Assembly (NCBI GenBank): GCA_965116875.1
Contig: OZ220733.1
Span: 3,456,001-3,520,000, forward strand
Source: Candidatus Latescibacterota bacterium
Lineage (GTDB): Bacteria; Latescibacterota; UBA2968; GCA-2709665
Reading direction: 5' to 3'
Length of the DNA stretch: 64,000 nt
Shown here: positions 60,060 through 64,000 of the stretch, in pieces
Layout: each line of letters opens with the position of its first letter
Position numbering within the stretch: the stretch's first letter is position 1
Notes under the pieces: generated by a model
Databases searched by the model: none
Told to the model about the DNA's origin: nothing
Seen by the model: the letters and a program-made list of their open reading frames with translations, nothing else
Program-made: the position numbers and the translations under genes

Positions 60060-62414
60060 ATGGCAAAGGAACCGCACGAGGCAATAGAGGAACCGCAGAG
60101 CAGACCGGATCTGATCAATCAGGTCTGCGGTGTGTTTTTGTTCGCGGTTGCGCTGTTCATGGCGGTAAGCCTGGTCTCGCATTCTCCGCAGGATCCACCG
60201 AATTCGGGTCGCGCGCCTGAATTGACGGAAAACATGGCGGGGTGGATCGGCAGCCACGTCTCCTACTATCTCCTGTTCTCGGTCGGCCACGGCGCCTACG
60301 TCCTTACGGCCATCGTTCTGATGTGGGGCTGGAATCGCTTCAGAGAACGTCCGGCCCTGCCTCTTGTCTCGCAAAGCCTGGCGTTGCTGGCCCTGGTGGT
60401 GGTGTATAGCGCCGCGGCGTGCGTGCCGTCCCGGGGAGAGACCCATCTGTCGTTTCTGATGGGCGGGTGGCTGGGGGTTACCCTTGCGGGCAGGGTTCTG
60501 GTTCCGTATCTGGGGTTCGTCGGGTCGTACATCCTGTTGTGCGCCCTGTTTGTGGTGTTTTTTATGGTCCTCACCAGCCTGTCTTTTTCACGAATTCCGG
60601 AACTGTGGGCGTCGAGGGCAAAGCGAAATCCGACACCCGTCTCCGGCGCCGCCGCGACCGGGCTTCCGGATCCACCGCGGACCGTGGAGACGCCAGTGCC
60701 GGCGTACACGGAAACGGAACCGCCGGAGGACGAGACGGAATCCGGAAACCACGTCGAGCCGGTTCTTCCGGCTGAACCTGAGGATGCAGTCCCCGAGCCC
60801 TTTCCACTGTACGAAGACGACGCGGACGAGACGGAGGATCAACCGCCGGTTTCGCTCGACCCCGACATCGTGGCGGATCCCGTGGAGATTTCCAGGTCGA
60901 CCGGACGGAAGCCGAACGCGCATGCGCCGGGCGGCGAGGACGTCCGGTACCGGTTGCCGGATCTGGAATTGCTCAATGAGCCCGCACAGAGGGAAGAAGG
61001 GCCGGACCGGTCGGTCCTGCTGGATGGAGCGCAGACCCTTGAGCACAGTCTCAGCAGCTTTGGCATCGAAGGCAAGGTAGTACAGGTCAATCCGGGGCCT
61101 GTCATTACCGGATACGAGGTGCAGCCGCCCCGCGGGGTCAAGGTGAACCGCATCGTCAATCTTTCGGACGACCTCGCTCTGGTGATGAAGGCGAGAAGCA
61201 TCCGCATCCAGGCGCCGATTCCGGGCAAAGCGGCCGTGGGCATCGAAGTGCCGAACGCCAACCCCTCAACCGTCTTCCTGCGGGAGATTCTCGAATCCGA
61301 CGCCTTTCAGGAGGCCGACGACAAGCTGATGCTGGCGCTGGGCAAGTCCGCTACCGGAGAATCCGTCTGCACGAGCCTGGCGTCCATGCCGCACCTGTTG
61401 ATCGCCGGCGCGACGGGGAGCGGGAAATCCGTATGCGTCAATGGGTTGATTACCAGCATCCTGATGCGGTGCGGTCCCGAAGAGGTGCGTTTCATCATGG
61501 TGGACCCGAAAATGCTGGAACTGTCCATCTACAACAGCATTCCGCACCTGCTGGCGCCGGTGGTCACGGAACCGCAGAAGGCCTCGGAAGCGTTGAGGTG
61601 GGCGGTAGCGGAGATGGAAGACCGCTATCGAAACCTGGCGCAGTACAGCGTGAGGAACATCACGGACTTCAACAACAAGCTCGAGAAGATGCGCACGGAG
61701 GCGGAGTCGGAGGACGACCGCGGCGAAGTTCCCCCTCTCCTGCCCTACATCGTGGTTGTGGTCGACGAGCTCGCGGACCTGATGATGACGGCGCCGGCGG
61801 ACATCGAGGATTCGCTGGCGCGGCTTGCGCAGATGGCGCGTGCGGTGGGCATCCATCTGATACTGGCGACCCAGCGGCCGTCGGTGAACGTGATCACGGG
61901 CACGATCAAGGCGAACTTTCCGTCCCGAATCGCGTTTCGTGTGGCGTCGAAAGTGGATTCACGCACAATTCTGGATTGTAACGGCGCCGAGAAGCTTCTG
62001 GGCCGCGGCGATATGCTGTTCATGCCGGCCGGCAAGCCGGAGCCGGTGCGCGTTCACGGTGCGAATATGACAACCGAGGAGACCGAGCGACTGGTGGAAT
62101 GGGTGAGCGGCCAGGGCGTGGAACTGGCGCAGCTGGACCTGGGTGTGGACGAAAACGAACTGATGCTTGCCGAGGGGAACCGCGACCAACGTTTCGATGA
62201 AGCGCTTCGGCTGGTGATTACCCACCAGCAGGGGTCGGCATCGCTGCTTCAGCGCCGCATGAAGGTGGGATATGCCCGTGCCGCGCGCCTCGTGGACGAA
62301 CTGGAACAGGCCGGAATCGTCGGTCCGTCAGACGGGAGCAGCAAGGGCCGCGAGGTGCTTGTCGGCGTCGAGTACCTCGACCGGCACGGAGAGGACGAAC
62401 CGGATGCGTTGTGA
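60060..62414 (+). CDS. ftsK: DNA translocase FtsK
   Basis: N-terminal 4TM domain, PHLLIAGATGSGKS, DPKMLEL, LATQRPSV, gamma domain LQRRMKVGYARAARL. Confidence 0.96.
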   Translation: MAKEPHEAIEEPQSRPDLINQVCGVFLFAVALFMAVSLVSHSPQDPPNSGRAPELTENMAGWIGSHVSYYLLFSVGHGAYVLTAIVLMWGWNRFRERPALPLVSQSLALLALVVVYSAAACVPSRGETHLSFLMGGWLGVTLAGRVLVPYLGFVGSYILLCALFVVFFMVLTSLSFSRIPELWASRAKRNPTPVSGAAATGLPDPPRTVETPVPAYTETEPPEDETESGNHVEPVLPAEPEDAVPEPFPLYEDDADETEDQPPVSLDPDIVADPVEISRSTGRKPNAHAPGGEDVRYRLPDLELLNEPAQREEGPDRSVLLDGAQTLEHSLSSFGIEGKVVQVNPGPVITGYEVQPPRGVKVNRIVNLSDDLALVMKARSIRIQAPIPGKAAVGIEVPNANPSTVFLREILESDAFQEADDKLMLALGKSATGESVCTSLASMPHLLIAGATGSGKSVCVNGLITSILMRCGPEEVRFIMVDPKMLELSIYNSIPHLLAPVVTEPQKASEALRWAVAEMEDRYRNLAQYSVRNITDFNNKLEKMRTEAESEDDRGEVPPLLPYIVVVVDELADLMMTAPADIEDSLARLAQMARAVGIHLILATQRPSVNVITGTIKANFPSRIAFRVASKVDSRTILDCNGAEKLLGRGDMLFMPAGKPEPVRVHGANMTTEETERLVEWVSGQGVELAQLDLGVDENELMLAEGNRDQRFDEALRLVITHQQGSASLLQRRMKVGYARAARLVDELEQAGIVGPSDGSSKGREVLVGVEYLDRHGEDEPDAL

Positions 62415-62495
62415 GTACGGGAAAGACAACGGAGACCGGCGCAATGCGGCCCCGTCGCGGGCGCCCGGGCGACCTTCGCCGGCGGATGACAAGGG

Positions 62496-63164
62496 GTGAG
62501 GCGCATGGCAGCGGGACGACTTTCATTTCTGTTGTTGGCGTGCGGTGTCCTGATACCGGCGGACGTGCCGGGCATCGACGGGCGCGAGGTGATTCGCCGT
62601 CAGCAGCAGCGATATGAAAAGCTCACCAGTATATCCGCCCGGTTCACGAAATCCCACTACTGGAAACTCGTGGACCAGAAGACGCAACTGAGCGGAAACC
62701 TGTACGTGGAGAAACCGAACCGGTTTCGCTTCGAATCACGGGTCCAGACGGTGGTGTCGGACGGAGAAAGCGCATGGAACTACACGCCCGAGAATGAGCA
62801 GGTTCTGCTGAGCGGATACGAGCGAGCGAAGGGAGACCGGAGTTACGAAAAGCTGCTTTTCGACCTCATTCTGCTGGGAGGGTACGAAGACCGCTACGAC
62901 CCCCGGCTCGCCGGAGAGGAAAGAGTGGACGGCAGGCGCTGTTACCGGGTGGAATTGACGGCCCGGCAGGAGGAGAGCTATATCTCCCGGGTCAGGTTGT
63001 GGGTGGACCGAAAGCTCTGGCTGGTCCGGCGTGCGGAATATCTCAATCTGAACGAGGACGTAACCACCTACGATATTTCACGACTGAAAGTGGACGGGAA
63101 ACTGAAACCGGATCTGTTCACTTTCGTGCCGCCGGACGGCGTCGAGGTGATTGACCTCAGGTGA
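62496..63164 (+). CDS. lolA: Outer-membrane lipoprotein carrier LolA-like protein
   Basis: Signal peptide, KPNRFRFE, VSDGESAWNYTP, FTFVPPDGVEVID; follows ftsK. Start may be 62505. Confidence 0.85.
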   Translation: MRRMAAGRLSFLLLACGVLIPADVPGIDGREVIRRQQQRYEKLTSISARFTKSHYWKLVDQKTQLSGNLYVEKPNRFRFESRVQTVVSDGESAWNYTPENEQVLLSGYERAKGDRSYEKLLFDLILLGGYEDRYDPRLAGEERVDGRRCYRVELTARQEESYISRVRLWVDRKLWLVRRAEYLNLNEDVTTYDISRLKVDGKLKPDLFTFVPPDGVEVIDLR

Positions 63165-63240
63165 TCCGGGTCCGGGGAGTCTCAACACAGTTGTCATGCC
63201 GCTTTTGGCAACTGATCTCAGCCACCGAATCTTCTCCGTC

Positions 63241-63288
63241 TCTTCGTAGTCTCGTTTCTTCGTAGTCTCGTATTCTCGTAGTTTCGCC
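63241..63288 (+). repeat. Octamer tandem repeat
   Basis: TCTTCGTA GTCTCGTT TCTTCGTA GTCTCGTA TTCTCGTA GTTTCGCC. Confidence 0.65.
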
Positions 63289-63336
63289 TATTTGTAGTTT
63301 CGCATTCTCAAGGAGTTGGCGTCAATGGCAGTGGAT

Positions 63337-64000
63337 ATGCAGTATACGGACCTGAAATCCGGAATGGCGGGGTGTCGCGATCGGCTGGGGAATCTCCGGA
63401 GGTATCTTTGACCTGGAATCCCGGGAAACCCGGATTGCCGAACTTCAGGGATTGATGGAGCGTCCCGGATTCTGGGACGACAGGGCCCGGGCAAGGCAGA
63501 TCATCGATGAATTGAATGGGCACAAGGATTGGGTTACCGGATGGCAGGACCTGGACGAACGCCTTACGGAACTGGAGGAGTTGTACGAACTTGCCCGGGA
63601 AGAGCAGGACGACGAGACGCTGCAGGATCTCCAGCGGGAACAGCGGGCGCTGGGCGGGTCGCTCGAGGAGCTCGAGTTCCGGCACATGATGGCCGACAAG
63701 GAGGACCGTCTTGATGCGATTCTGACGATTCATCCCGGCGCGGGCGGTACGGAGTCGGCCGACTGGGCGCAGATGCTGATGAGGATGTACACCCGATGGG
63801 CCGAGCGCCGCGGTTTCCAGGCGGACGTGCTGGACCTTCTTCCGGGGGAGACGGCGGGTATCAAGAGCGTGGCCATAGAAATGAAGGGAGAATACGCTTA
63901 CGGTTATCTCAAGTCCGAAATGGGCGTGCATCGGCTGGTCCGGCTGTCTCCGTTCGATTCCGGTCGCAGGCGTCACACGTCGTTCGCGTCGGTCTCAGTG
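63337..64000 (+). CDS. prfB: Peptide chain release factor 2 (programmed +1 frameshift; runs off the window end)
   Basis: MQYTDLK...RRYL then GGAGGTAT CTT TGA C (63398-63412); the +1 frame gives DLESRE..FWDD..HPGAGGTESADWA..GVHRLVRLSPFDS..RHTSFASV. Confidence 0.97.

Overview
GC-rich bacterial window. The dockerin-tagged WD40 and cadherin/Fn3 proteins, duplicated PhyH dioxygenases and LTD/FlgD protein suggest an FCB-group (Latescibacterota-like) host-associated organism, possibly a sponge symbiont; this is inference only. Layout: (1) 217-18144 is a co-oriented cluster with two PQQ-type beta-propellers, a TonB-dependent receptor, a PaaK-like CoA ligase, a flavin-dependent halogenase, a CxxC-bearing GT4 glycosyltransferase, a DMT membrane protein, a thioesterase, a MacB/LolD-type ABC system and a TAXI-TRAP transporter. 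A four-helix-bundle (Avd/IVP-like) gene sits inside it, embedded in heptamer repeats and partial copies of itself. (2) A PIN/RHH toxin-antitoxin pair and small catabolic operons follow. (3) A ~20 kb array of secreted eukaryote-like repeat proteins (four WD40 genes, one cadherin/Fn3 gene) lies downstream of a HAD hydrolase gene, with diverged fragments of that HAD gene re-occurring between array members. (4) tRNA-Ala(GGC) and housekeeping genes close the window: ligA, DGGGPS-like prenyltransferase, XPB-like helicase, tsaD, ftsK, lolA and prfB with its programmed frameshift. Several MITE/REP-like repeat families are dispersed through the window. Best novelty candidates: the HAD-anchored repeat-protein array with a shared dockerin-like tag, the halogenase/CoA-ligase/GT4 cluster, and the heptamer-flanked four-helix-bundle cassette. 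All family calls are from motif recognition by eye; no database searches were run.
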